Source of the DNA: Candidatus Heimdallarchaeota archaeon
Lineage (GTDB): Archaea; Asgardarchaeota; Heimdallarchaeia; Heimdallarchaeales; Heimdallarchaeaceae
Length of the DNA stretch: 15,742 bases
Assembly (NCBI GenBank): GCA_030668875.1
Contig: DAOVER010000060.1
Coordinates: forward strand, 1-15,742
Reading direction: 5' to 3'
The notes beneath the pieces are model-generated. The model was not told where the DNA came from, did not search any database, and worked only from the letters and a program-made list of their open reading frames with translations. The stretch's first letter is position 1. Every line of letters begins with the position of its first letter. Position numbers and translations under genes: made by a program. Below are positions 6,448-14,600 of this stretch, in pieces.

Positions 6448-8439
6448 ATGGGTTTCGAAAAACTAATCTCAATGGTCACAAAAGAATTATCAGGAGAAAG
6501 AACAAAGCACTTAACAAATGTTCTATCACAATATCATAGAATCCAAGCAAGTAAAGAGTTTTTAACAGCTTCAAAATTTATCTATGATAAACTGAAGAAG
6601 TTAGGAGATAATAATTGTCAAATTCATGAATATATAGCAGATGGCACTAAGAGATATTATGAATGGTATTCACCACTATCTTGGGATATTAAAGATGGAG
6701 AATTAATACAATTAGAACCGGAGGAACAGATTTTATGTCGATTTTCTGAAACTCCTGAAAGTATTTGTACTCATTCAAAAGCCACCGACATTGAGGGGGA
6801 AGTTATCCACATTGGTAGTGCAAAACCAGAGGAGGTAGAAGGCAAGGAAATTGGAGGGAAAATAGTCCTTACAACCGGAAGACCTCGAGCGATGATAGAA
6901 CAGTTAAAGGGACTAGGTGCGATTGGCAGTATAGCATATCCTTCAGAAGAGAGAGCTCAAGGGCATACTGAAATGATAGAGTATGTTGGATTATGGCCAA
7001 ATGCTGATAACAAAGAAAAATCAACTTTTGGATTTTCTCTTTCAAGAAAGCAAGCCAGCAAATTGATTTCACAAATCAACCAAAAGAAGAAGGTTATTGT
7101 TAAAGCAAAAATCAACGCAAACCTCTATGAGGGGAACATGCATGTTTTGTCAACAAAAATAGAAGGAACTAAAAAACCCAGAGAAGAAATTATTTTGATA
7201 GCACATATTTGTCACCCTGCACCTTCAGCAAATGATAATGCTTCAGGGAGTGCCCTTTTATTTGAAACATATAGATCATTAAAATCTATGATCGATAAGG
7301 AGATGATAGAAAAACCTCATAGAACAATTAGATTCTTATGGGTACCAGAATTCAGTGGTACCTTACCTTGGATTATAGAAAAGGAAAAGGAAGAGGGATT
7401 TTCCCCAATATTTTGTATTAATCTAGACATGGTTGGAGAACATCCTGTTCATGTAGGATATCCTTTTACATTTAACCAATCAAGTATCTCAACACCTTCA
7501 TATCTAAATGACATCATTTCAGAAGTAATAGAACATGTTAAAGACAATCCTGCTGCGATTGAACAGGGTGGATGGCAATTCCCATGGAATTATAGGGTTG
7601 TTCCATACTCAGGGGGGTCTGATCACATTCTTTTCAATGACGAACCATTCCGTATCCCCTCTGTAATGTTTGGTCATCCAGATACTTTTCATCATACCAA
7701 TTTAGATACAATTGAAAAAGTTGATCAGACCACTTTGAAGAGAGTTGGAATTATTACCTTAGCAACAACTATTATTGGATCCAGTTTGGATAAGTATTCA
7801 GATAGTCTGATAAAAGCCTATGTCACTGGATATCAGAAAAGGAAAGCTAAACTCATTAATATGGTTTCAACAGAGGTCGAAAAAACTGAAGAGTTTCAAG
7901 ACAATGAAAAATTGATTCATAATTATACTATTGTGGAAATTATCAAAAAATTCGTCGAAAATGAGAAGAAATCTATTGAATTAATGCAGAAACAGTTTCA
8001 AGCTTTAGATAGAAAGATAATCGATTTTCTTAACAATGATTTGATACAACTTGTGGATAGTATTCAAGAGAACTTTTCTATATCTTCCAATCAAGATATA
8101 GAAACTGAGTATAGCACTACATTTCAACAGATACCAAAAAGGAAATGGAAAGGACCAATAAATAGTTCGAAATTGTATGAAATTATGAGCTCAAGTTATA
8201 AACTTGAAAAATCATCATTGATATCTGACAAACAATTTATAAAACTAAAAGAATTCCTCACAAAATCTTCCGGAGTATATGGAGGATTTATTCTTGAAAT
8301 CTCTAATTTGATAGATAATACAAATACAAAACTCGACATATTTACATTACTAAGCCTTGTAAATTGGAAAATACTAGAATTTCAAACCTTTGAGGATATC
8401 TTGCTATTGTTTGAGTACCTTGGATATATAATGTTTTGA
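6448..8439 (+). CDS. M28 family zinc aminopeptidase with PA-like insert (DUF4910-type)
   Basis: QYHRIQAS N-terminus; metal-ligand motifs AHICH, ANDNASG, WVPEF, NLDMVG, GGSDH and FHHTNLD. Confidence 0.85.
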   Translation: MGFEKLISMVTKELSGERTKHLTNVLSQYHRIQASKEFLTASKFIYDKLKKLGDNNCQIHEYIADGTKRYYEWYSPLSWDIKDGELIQLEPEEQILCRFSETPESICTHSKATDIEGEVIHIGSAKPEEVEGKEIGGKIVLTTGRPRAMIEQLKGLGAIGSIAYPSEERAQGHTEMIEYVGLWPNADNKEKSTFGFSLSRKQASKLISQINQKKKVIVKAKINANLYEGNMHVLSTKIEGTKKPREEIILIAHICHPAPSANDNASGSALLFETYRSLKSMIDKEMIEKPHRTIRFLWVPEFSGTLPWIIEKEKEEGFSPIFCINLDMVGEHPVHVGYPFTFNQSSISTPSYLNDIISEVIEHVKDNPAAIEQGGWQFPWNYRVVPYSGGSDHILFNDEPFRIPSVMFGHPDTFHHTNLDTIEKVDQTTLKRVGIITLATTIIGSSLDKYSDSLIKAYVTGYQKRKAKLINMVSTEVEKTEEFQDNEKLIHNYTIVEIIKKFVENEKKSIELMQKQFQALDRKIIDFLNNDLIQLVDSIQENFSISSNQDIETEYSTTFQQIPKRKWKGPINSSKLYEIMSSSYKLEKSSLISDKQFIKLKEFLTKSSGVYGGFILEISNLIDNTNTKLDIFTLLSLVNWKILEFQTFEDILLLFEYLGYIMF

Positions 8440-8440
8440 G

Positions 8441-8462
8441 TTTTCTATTTTTTTTCTTCTTC
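8441..8462 (+). terminator. Oligo-T terminator after the peptidase gene
   Basis: TTTTCTATTTTTTTTCTTCTTC directly after TGA at 8437-8439. Confidence 0.5.
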
Positions 8463-8551
8463 AATCTCTGACTTCGTAAGATAAAACTTCGTTCTAGCCT
8501 TTAGCAATTATTTTATATGTATATAGTCTAATAGTAGTTTGTAGATTCAAG

Positions 8552-9415
8552 ATGCCAAAAGAAGATTTAAAGTCACTAGTTAATTCTGTGAATATGCTGA
8601 AAAACATGGTTGAAAGCATAGTTGCAGCCGTGCAAGATAGATTCAAAGATTATGATAATGTTGTCGTAACCTTGAAAGAAAGGTTAGACAAACTAGAGTC
8701 TTCCAGTGGATCAGTTCCAACAACTCCTTCAGGAACAATCAGTTCTGATATAACAGTAAGAACTGAAACATTAGAAAAACGATTGGATACTTTGAATGAG
8801 AGGTTATTGCTTATTGAAACCGCTAAAGGTGAAGCAGTGGAGTTACCTCCAACACCAACACCAGAACCAGAGGTCATAGAGGAAGTTGAATCTGTTATTA
8901 CAGAAGCACCTCCAACACCAGCACCAGTTCCAGAGATTATTGAAACTTTGAAAGATGTCGAGGAACCAATAGTGAAAGAGGAAATTGCTGCAATTCAACC
9001 CACAACAGATATACCTTCTATACCAACTCCAGGAGCAATTCCAACACCAGTACCAACACCAGAACCAACACCAGAACCAGAAGGTTCTATTGGTATTCCA
9101 ACACCTATGGTAGAGATACCCTCGCCTCCAACAGAAGTGTCTGTACCTGCTCCTACACCCACTCCAGCATCTCAGATTACTGAAGCTGTAGAGAGGGATG
9201 TTAGTCCAATTTCAAAGCAAGTATCAGGAGCAATTCCAACACCACCAGCGTCAGAGGATACAATTCAACCAGAAACTGAAATTCAACCTCCTGCACCAAA
9301 AGCTGAAGAAGCAAAACCTCCTGAAGAAGGTAAATCTGCTGAATTATTCGGAGAAGCCGTAAGTGGAGACAAAGCAGAGTTGCTTAAAGCTTTGAAAAAG
9401 CTGGAAGATTTGTAA
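8552..9415 (+). CDS. Hypothetical protein: two N-terminal coiled-coil segments, a long Pro/Glu/Thr-rich disordered region and a C-terminal amphipathic helix
   Basis: Open 287-aa ORF with heptad-like LKERLDKLE and LEKRLDTLNERL, about 44 Pro, and terminal KAELLKALKKLEDL. A TATA-like TTTTATATGTATATA lies about 25-40 nt upstream. Confidence 0.8.
   Translation: MPKEDLKSLVNSVNMLKNMVESIVAAVQDRFKDYDNVVVTLKERLDKLESSSGSVPTTPSGTISSDITVRTETLEKRLDTLNERLLLIETAKGEAVELPPTPTPEPEVIEEVESVITEAPPTPAPVPEIIETLKDVEEPIVKEEIAAIQPTTDIPSIPTPGAIPTPVPTPEPTPEPEGSIGIPTPMVEIPSPPTEVSVPAPTPTPASQITEAVERDVSPISKQVSGAIPTPPASEDTIQPETEIQPPAPKAEEAKPPEEGKSAELFGEAVSGDKAELLKALKKLEDL
8849..9244 (+). repeat. Coding micro-repeats (CCAACACCAG-type, PTPxPxP) and an exact 20-bp duplication
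   Basis: Related tracts at 8849-8872, 8912-8935 and 9041-9082; CAGGAGCAATTCCAACACCA occurs at both 9030-9049 and 9225-9244 (GAIPTP). Confidence 0.75.
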
Positions 9416-9463
9416 ATCATTATCAACAGTAAATTTCAAATATAGTCCACGAACGTTTGACTA

Positions 9464-10501
9464 ATGACAAGTCCTTTAGTCGTTTACGTAATAGCATTTA
9501 CTGTTCCCTTATTTATATCAGGAATTAGTTTTCCTTTTTTTATCAAATTTATGCTCAAAAAAGGGATTTTTGGAATAGATATTCATAAGGAGGAGCAACC
9601 AAAAGTTGCAGAAATGGGAGGAATTGTCATAATTATATCACTTATAATTAGTTCAATGATAACAATTTTAGTGATTGATGACTCACACGTTCAACTTATG
9701 GTCGGCATATTTTGCATAACAATAACAATTGCGGGAATCATAGGTATCATAGACGATTTTGTAAATTTAAATGCAATACTAAAACCTGTTCTCCTGTTAT
9801 TAGCTTCCGTTCCAATTATTGCTTCTACTTGGTTCAGCACCGGACCATTGTACAATCCCCACCCGTATTTTCCATTAATTGGTCAAACTCAATTAACGAT
9901 TGTGTACTTAATACTCTTACCATTTGCCATTACGGTCCCTGCTAATGCGGTAAATATGATTGATGTTTTCAATGGCTCAATGGCTATAACTACAATCATT
10001 GTCCTAATTGCAACTTTTATTGCAAATCTAATCATATTCAATATAGACGATAAAACTACAGATCCAACAAGTATTTTTGTATTAATGATAATTGGGGTTT
10101 TAGTAGCTTTTCTAATTTTTAATCGCTATCCGGCTCGAGTTTTTGGTGGTGATTCAAGTAGTCTGGCAATCGGCGCTTCATTGGGTGCCATCGCCGTTTT
10201 AGGTCGTCTTGAAATTGTGATAATAATAGCCATTATTCCATTTATAATGAATTCCTTCGGAACAATTGGTAGTGTTAAAGGATTATTAGAACGAAGGAAA
10301 ATGGCTAGACCAACAAAGATGACGAAAGACTGGAAGATTGAATCTACAAATGATCCAAAAGCTCCAATCACATTAGTAGGATTAGTAATTCAAAAAGGTT
10401 CATTACATGAAAAAGACATTGTGAAAAGTTTTGGAATTCTTACAGTTTTCAGTAGTATTCTAGCAATAATAACTGCTATATTGATTCGGGTGGCGATTTA
10501 A
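9464..10501 (+). CDS. UDP-GlcNAc:dolichyl-phosphate GlcNAc-1-phosphotransferase (AglH/Alg7/DPAGT1-like, glycosyltransferase family 4)
   Basis: About 10 hydrophobic segments; GIDIHK, AEMGG, GIIDD, NAVNMIDVFNG and FNRYPARVFGGD motifs. Confidence 0.9.
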   Translation: MTSPLVVYVIAFTVPLFISGISFPFFIKFMLKKGIFGIDIHKEEQPKVAEMGGIVIIISLIISSMITILVIDDSHVQLMVGIFCITITIAGIIGIIDDFVNLNAILKPVLLLLASVPIIASTWFSTGPLYNPHPYFPLIGQTQLTIVYLILLPFAITVPANAVNMIDVFNGSMAITTIIVLIATFIANLIIFNIDDKTTDPTSIFVLMIIGVLVAFLIFNRYPARVFGGDSSSLAIGASLGAIAVLGRLEIVIIIAIIPFIMNSFGTIGSVKGLLERRKMARPTKMTKDWKIESTNDPKAPITLVGLVIQKGSLHEKDIVKSFGILTVFSSILAIITAILIRVAI

Positions 10502-10833
10502 TGAGGTTACATAAACTAACTCCAAGGTTGTATGGCGTTCTTGGTCTTGAGCTATTTGTTTTTGGAACTTTCATAGGTATTTGTGCAATTATCAATGCAT
10601 TTATCGTTGATATCCCTGATAGTCCAAACCCCACAATAAACTTCATCATTGCTACTTCTAAGGTACTCATTAGTATAATATTGATAGCTATTTGGTTATA
10701 CCTCTGGTATTATATTACAAAACGACTTATGATAGGGAAGGAAGACTTGCAGGAAGCAAAAAAAATAAAGAGAGAAAAAAAACAAGCAAAAATGCAAGAA
10801 ACGAAAGAGAAGAAAAAGAATATTAAGACTTAG
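10501..10833 (+). CDS. Small hypothetical membrane protein, two TM helices and a Lys/Glu-rich tail
   Basis: Start overlaps the upstream stop (TAATG); two hydrophobic stretches followed by KKIKREKKQAK... Confidence 0.7.
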   Translation: MRLHKLTPRLYGVLGLELFVFGTFIGICAIINAFIVDIPDSPNPTINFIIATSKVLISIILIAIWLYLWYYITKRLMIGKEDLQEAKKIKREKKQAKMQETKEKKKNIKT

Positions 10834-11479
10834 CTTCCAAAAGATACAACCTCTTCTTTAGCATAAAATACTTCTTTGAAAACTCTAAACTTGAAATTTC
10901 GTAATCTTCAAATTGAGATTCAATAGCGAAAAGTTCGTTTTCCACGTTAAGAATTTCATCCTCGAAATGCTTCTTCCTTTCCTGTTTTAAGACTCGAGTT
11001 GTAATTTGTGAGGAGTTCTTTGATTGTATATCTGCCAATTCTTTCTTCTTATTTTGTAGAATAATTGATAATTGTTCTTTCTGCGCAATTAAAGGATCAA
11101 GCTGATTCTTAGGCGCTTTCCACTTTATTCCCGTTTTAACCTTTCTAGCAGGTACTTTTGAAAATAGACGGATTACCTCCACAATCACTTGGAATAAGTG
11201 ATAGCTAGGTCTCCATCTAGCAAGTACTCGCATTTCCAAAAAACCGTCATTATTAATATTTGGATGGGTTATTGGTGTTAATATTTCAATCTCTGGTGGA
11301 ACATCAGGAAATGCATTTGGTAAACTTATCTCAACTTCTACTGGAAGTTCTCCTTCATCAGAAATTGCTGAAACAAATCCTCTCCACTTTGTTAAATTTC
11401 CTTCTATGGGTTCGAATGCATATGCTCGTTCCATAACAAGACTATATTCTTTAGCTAAGATACTATCTGGAATAGGCAT
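10823..11479 (-). CDS. UEV (inactive E2-fold) protein with coiled coil and steadiness-box-like C-terminus; ESCRT-I Vps23/Vps37-like
   Basis: E2 fold motifs KWRG, LPNAFPDVPP, THPNINNDG and RWRP; Glu at the catalytic Cys position and no Cys anywhere in the protein. C-terminal ESQFEDYEISSLEFSKKYFMLKKRLYLLE resembles the Vps23/Vps37 helical hairpin. GGAG SD upstream. Confidence 0.75.
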   Translation of the reverse strand: MPIPDSILAKEYSLVMERAYAFEPIEGNLTKWRGFVSAISDEGELPVEVEISLPNAFPDVPPEIEILTPITHPNINNDGFLEMRVLARWRPSYHLFQVIVEVIRLFSKVPARKVKTGIKWKAPKNQLDPLIAQKEQLSIILQNKKKELADIQSKNSSQITTRVLKQERKKHFEDEILNVENELFAIESQFEDYEISSLEFSKKYFMLKKRLYLLEAKS

Positions 11480-11604
11480 TTAATTACTAACTCCTTTCGA
11501 AATATAATTGCACAACGTCTTATTTATAGATTCGCTTTTGATTGCACTGAGAAAGTTATTTTCAATCCCTACACTTTTAAACGTAAAATATTTTTTTGGA
11601 ATTA

Positions 11605-13467
11605 ATGACTCGTATCGCTGTAATTAATCAAGATAAATGCAGACCAGATAAATGTGGTAAAGTTTGTTACAAATTTTGTCCTTCAGTAAGGGCAGGTAAG
11701 GAAACTATCTCATTTGATCCTCCTAGTAATAAAGCGGTTATTCATGAATCTTTATGCTCTGGGGTTGCCATATGTGTGAAAAAGTGCCCATTTCACTGCA
11801 TCACTATAGTGAACTTACCTGAGGATTTTGACAAAGAAGTTACACACAGATACAGTGTAAATGGTTTTAAACTACATCGACTGCCCATGCCAAAAATTGG
11901 TCAAGTGATTGGTCTAGTCGGACAAAATGGTTCTGGAAAGTCAACAACTTTGAATATTTTACAGGGAAATCTTAAACCAAATTTAGGTAGGTTTAATGAT
12001 CCTCCTGACTGGGATGAGATTATAGAAAACTATAGAGGAACTGAGATTCAAGCGTATTTCCAAAAACTTGCAGATAAAGAATTGAAAACCATATTGAAGC
12101 CTCAAAACGTGGATAAAATACCCCGTGTCGTAAAGGGAAATGTTGCAGATTTAATTAAAAAAGTAGACGAAAAAGGAATTCAAGATGAAGTTAAAGAGAT
12201 TTTTTCTTTAAGTAAAGTTTGGGAAAGAGATATCTCAAAACTAAGTGGCGGAGAGTTGCAAAGAATGGCTATTGCAGCTAGTATTGTACAAGAAGCTGAT
12301 GTTTACCTCTTCGATGAACCAACATCATATTTGGATGTTAAGGAAAGAGTCAAAATTTCTCAATATATTAATGAGATGAAATCCCCAAAACAAACTTTAA
12401 TTGTCGTAGAACATGATCTCGCAATGCTGGATTATTTGAGTGATCAAATCCACATGTATTATGGTGAGGCTGGCGCATACGGAATAGTTAGTCATCCTTA
12501 TTCTGTAAGGGAAGGAATTAATATTTTTCTTGATGGATATATCCCTTCAGAGAATATGCGTTTTAGACCGGAACCAATTATTTTCAAAAAAACATCATTT
12601 GAAGACAAATATACATCGAATCGAATCGCTATAAAGTATGGGGATATGACAAAGGATTTTGATACTTTCAGCCTTTCAGTTAAGGGAGGAGAGCTCTATA
12701 AAGGCGAAGTTGTAGGTATTATAGGCCCTAACGGTATTGGAAAAACAACCTTTGTAAAGATGTTAGCAGGTGAGCTTGAACCCACAACAATCTCTGAACC
12801 CTTAGAATTGCTTGTTCAAACTCCCACTAAGGAGGAAGATAAATCTGAAATGTTTCTAGGAATTGGAGAAAAACATAGAGAAAAAATAACTGTTAGCTAC
12901 AAACCCCAGTATTTATTCACTGAATCTGGGAAAACTGTAGAAGAATATTTACTTGAAATCAACCCAGCAATGTTAACAAGTGGATGGCATAAGTCAGAGA
13001 TAATAAACCCATTAAAATTTTCAAAACTACTTGATTCTAAATTGTGTGACCTTTCAGGGGGAGAATTACAGAAAGTTAGTATTGCGGCATGTTTAGGGAA
13101 GTCTAAAGCAAACTTATTCCTCTTAGATGAGCCTAGTGCATATATTTCATCTGAAGACAGAGTAAATGTTGCAAAAGTTATTAAAAGAGTCGTAAGCCAT
13201 TACGAAATGCCAGCTCTAGTTGTAGAACACGATGTAATGATGCTAAATTTTGCTTCCGACAGATTAATTGTTTTCGATGGAAAGCCAGGAGAAATTGGAA
13301 AGAGCAATCGAATCGGTTCACTTCAATTGGGCATGAATGATTTCTTAAGAAAAATGAACATTACATTTAGACAAGATCCCAGAACACTAAGACCTAGAGT
13401 CAACAAGAGAGATTCACAATTAGACAAAAAACAGAAAGCTGAAGGAAAATATTTTGTTTCTGTCTAA
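11605..13467 (+). CDS. rli1: Ribosome recycling ATPase ABCE1/Rli1
   Basis: N-terminal Fe-S domain CRPDKCGKVCYKFCP...CVKKCP and two ABC cassettes (GQNGSGKST, LSGGELQR, FDEPT, VEHD; GPNGIGKTT, LSGGELQK, LDEPS, VEHD); C-terminal RPRVNKRDS. Start reassigned to ATG 11605. Confidence 0.97.
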   Translation: MTRIAVINQDKCRPDKCGKVCYKFCPSVRAGKETISFDPPSNKAVIHESLCSGVAICVKKCPFHCITIVNLPEDFDKEVTHRYSVNGFKLHRLPMPKIGQVIGLVGQNGSGKSTTLNILQGNLKPNLGRFNDPPDWDEIIENYRGTEIQAYFQKLADKELKTILKPQNVDKIPRVVKGNVADLIKKVDEKGIQDEVKEIFSLSKVWERDISKLSGGELQRMAIAASIVQEADVYLFDEPTSYLDVKERVKISQYINEMKSPKQTLIVVEHDLAMLDYLSDQIHMYYGEAGAYGIVSHPYSVREGINIFLDGYIPSENMRFRPEPIIFKKTSFEDKYTSNRIAIKYGDMTKDFDTFSLSVKGGELYKGEVVGIIGPNGIGKTTFVKMLAGELEPTTISEPLELLVQTPTKEEDKSEMFLGIGEKHREKITVSYKPQYLFTESGKTVEEYLLEINPAMLTSGWHKSEIINPLKFSKLLDSKLCDLSGGELQKVSIAACLGKSKANLFLLDEPSAYISSEDRVNVAKVIKRVVSHYEMPALVVEHDVMMLNFASDRLIVFDGKPGEIGKSNRIGSLQLGMNDFLRKMNITFRQDPRTLRPRVNKRDSQLDKKQKAEGKYFVSV

Positions 13468-13479
13468 CTATGTGAAATA

Positions 13480-14361
13480 TTAAGAGTTCTTAACAGTGAT
13501 TTTCAGTTTTTCTTCTTTTTTCATGAATTTACATTTTTCTTTTCTTATTTTCCCTTCCATAATTGATTTGGAGATAGGTAAGGTAATTTTTCTTTTTATG
13601 AATCTGGATCTAGTTGCCATCCAAATAATTGGGATGAAAAACCGAGGTTGTATAAGATTTTCTTTCGGTTTTATTACAAGCTTAGCTATTTTTTCAGCTA
13701 ATTTTGACACTGAATAACTTTTGTATGAAGAATCATCCAAACCTGCCACTTTATGAAATTCTGTATCATAAGGCCCTGGAAAAACTGTTGATACTTTAAT
13801 CCCATACTTTTTTACTTCATCTCTGATACAATCACTAAATGTTTTAACAGCTGATTTTGTTGCGCAATATACAGCAAAGGGGTAAACTGGTAAAAGTGCT
13901 AAGGAAGAAGAAAGATTGATTATATGACCTTCATTCTGTTCTTTCATTATTGGTATCACTAACTTAGACATTTTTATTAAACCTAGAACATTCGTTTCAA
14001 TGAGTTCATCTATTTCGGAGATTGACTGTTCTAAGAAAAGATTAGCTTTACCTAAGCCAGCGTTGTTAATCAAAACATCAATTCTACCAAAATTCTTCAA
14101 TGATTTCTCGATTATTCTTGCTCGATCATCGCTATTTCTAATATCTCCAATAATTGGTAAAACTTTGATTTTCAGTTTTCGTAATTGGCGAGTAGTTTGT
14201 ATTAATTTCTTTTCTCTTCTAGCAACGATAACTAGCTTTGTACCATAGTTTGCTAATGCTAAAGCTATATTCTTTCCAATTCCTGAGGATGCACCAGTTA
14301 TCAATACAACTTTTCCATCTTCAAAAAAAGAATGGTTCTTGTAACCTTTCTTCTTACTCAT
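13480..14361 (-). CDS. Classical short-chain dehydrogenase/reductase, probably NADP(H)-preferring
   Basis: TGASSGIG, basic ARR after beta-2, NNAG, NLSS and catalytic YCATK. Confidence 0.92.
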   Translation of the reverse strand: MSKKKGYKNHSFFEDGKVVLITGASSGIGKNIALALANYGTKLVIVARREKKLIQTTRQLRKLKIKVLPIIGDIRNSDDRARIIEKSLKNFGRIDVLINNAGLGKANLFLEQSISEIDELIETNVLGLIKMSKLVIPIMKEQNEGHIINLSSSLALLPVYPFAVYCATKSAVKTFSDCIRDEVKKYGIKVSTVFPGPYDTEFHKVAGLDDSSYKSYSVSKLAEKIAKLVIKPKENLIQPRFFIPIIWMATRSRFIKRKITLPISKSIMEGKIRKEKCKFMKKEEKLKITVKNS

Positions 14362-14387
14362 ATAATCGAAATACTTTCTAAAACATC

Positions 14388-14396
14388 ATATAAAAA
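14388..14396 (-). promoter_or_regulatory. Putative TATA box of a leaderless SDR transcript
   Basis: Minus strand reads TTTTTATAT ending 26 nt before the ATG at 14361. Confidence 0.5.
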
Positions 14397-14414
14397 CACA
14401 AAAATAAAAAAAAA

Positions 14415-14600
14415 GAGTATAGATAATGATGTCCATTTGTCTTCTTGTCTTATTAGACAAAGCTAGGTACATGTCGTGCTTAGAGGTCATGATATAGGGC
14501 GAAGATACTCTATACTCACTCTGAGTGGATACATCACGTATCCTCCTACCCCGTTCACACTACGTTTAGGTAGTGCTTTCGGATCGCTTTTTATCAAAAT
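14415..14600 (-). ncRNA. Putative TnpB omega-RNA (reRNA) overlapping the tnpB 3' end; boundaries approximate
   Basis: Expected position for TnpB guide RNAs. Visible stems: GGATAC/GTATCC (14527-14543), ACTCA/TGAGT (14514-14526), TTGTCT/AGACAA (14445-14460) and a 9-bp long-range pair 14415-14423/14509-14517. An oligo-T tract follows (14414-14401 on the minus strand). Confidence 0.5.
14429..14451. repeat. Imperfect inverted repeat, right copy (partner at 445-467)
   Basis: ATGTCCATTTGTCTTCTTGTCTT; its reverse complement matches 445-467 at 19/23. Confidence 0.7.

Noticed and set aside
8849-9300. P(T/S)AP late-domain motif for UEV binding in the Pro-rich protein
   Set aside because: No exact PTAP or PSAP is present, only PTPAP and PPAP.
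9370-9415. WH2 actin-binding motif at the C-terminus of the Pro-rich protein
   Set aside because: LKKL follows the LL pair after only two residues, too close for the WH2 helix-linker-LKKT spacing.
10823-11479. Active E2 ubiquitin-conjugating enzyme
   Set aside because: The protein contains no cysteine at all.
1233-14248. Remaining short ORFs in the track (1233, 2856, 3397, 3661, 4229, 6869, 8650, 9712, 10126, 10476, 13496, 14000)
   Set aside because: All lie on the opposite strand or in an alternative frame of well-supported genes and show no independent coding signal.
14433-14434. Confident IS607 assignment from the GG at the putative right end
   Set aside because: The symmetric position at the left end reads CC on the same strand, not GG, and no serine recombinase is in the window.
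373-14486. Composite transposon mobilising the intervening 14 kb
   Set aside because: The cargo is essential core genes, no transposase is present in the window, the copies are diverged, and the inverted repeats are the inner ends of the two elements.
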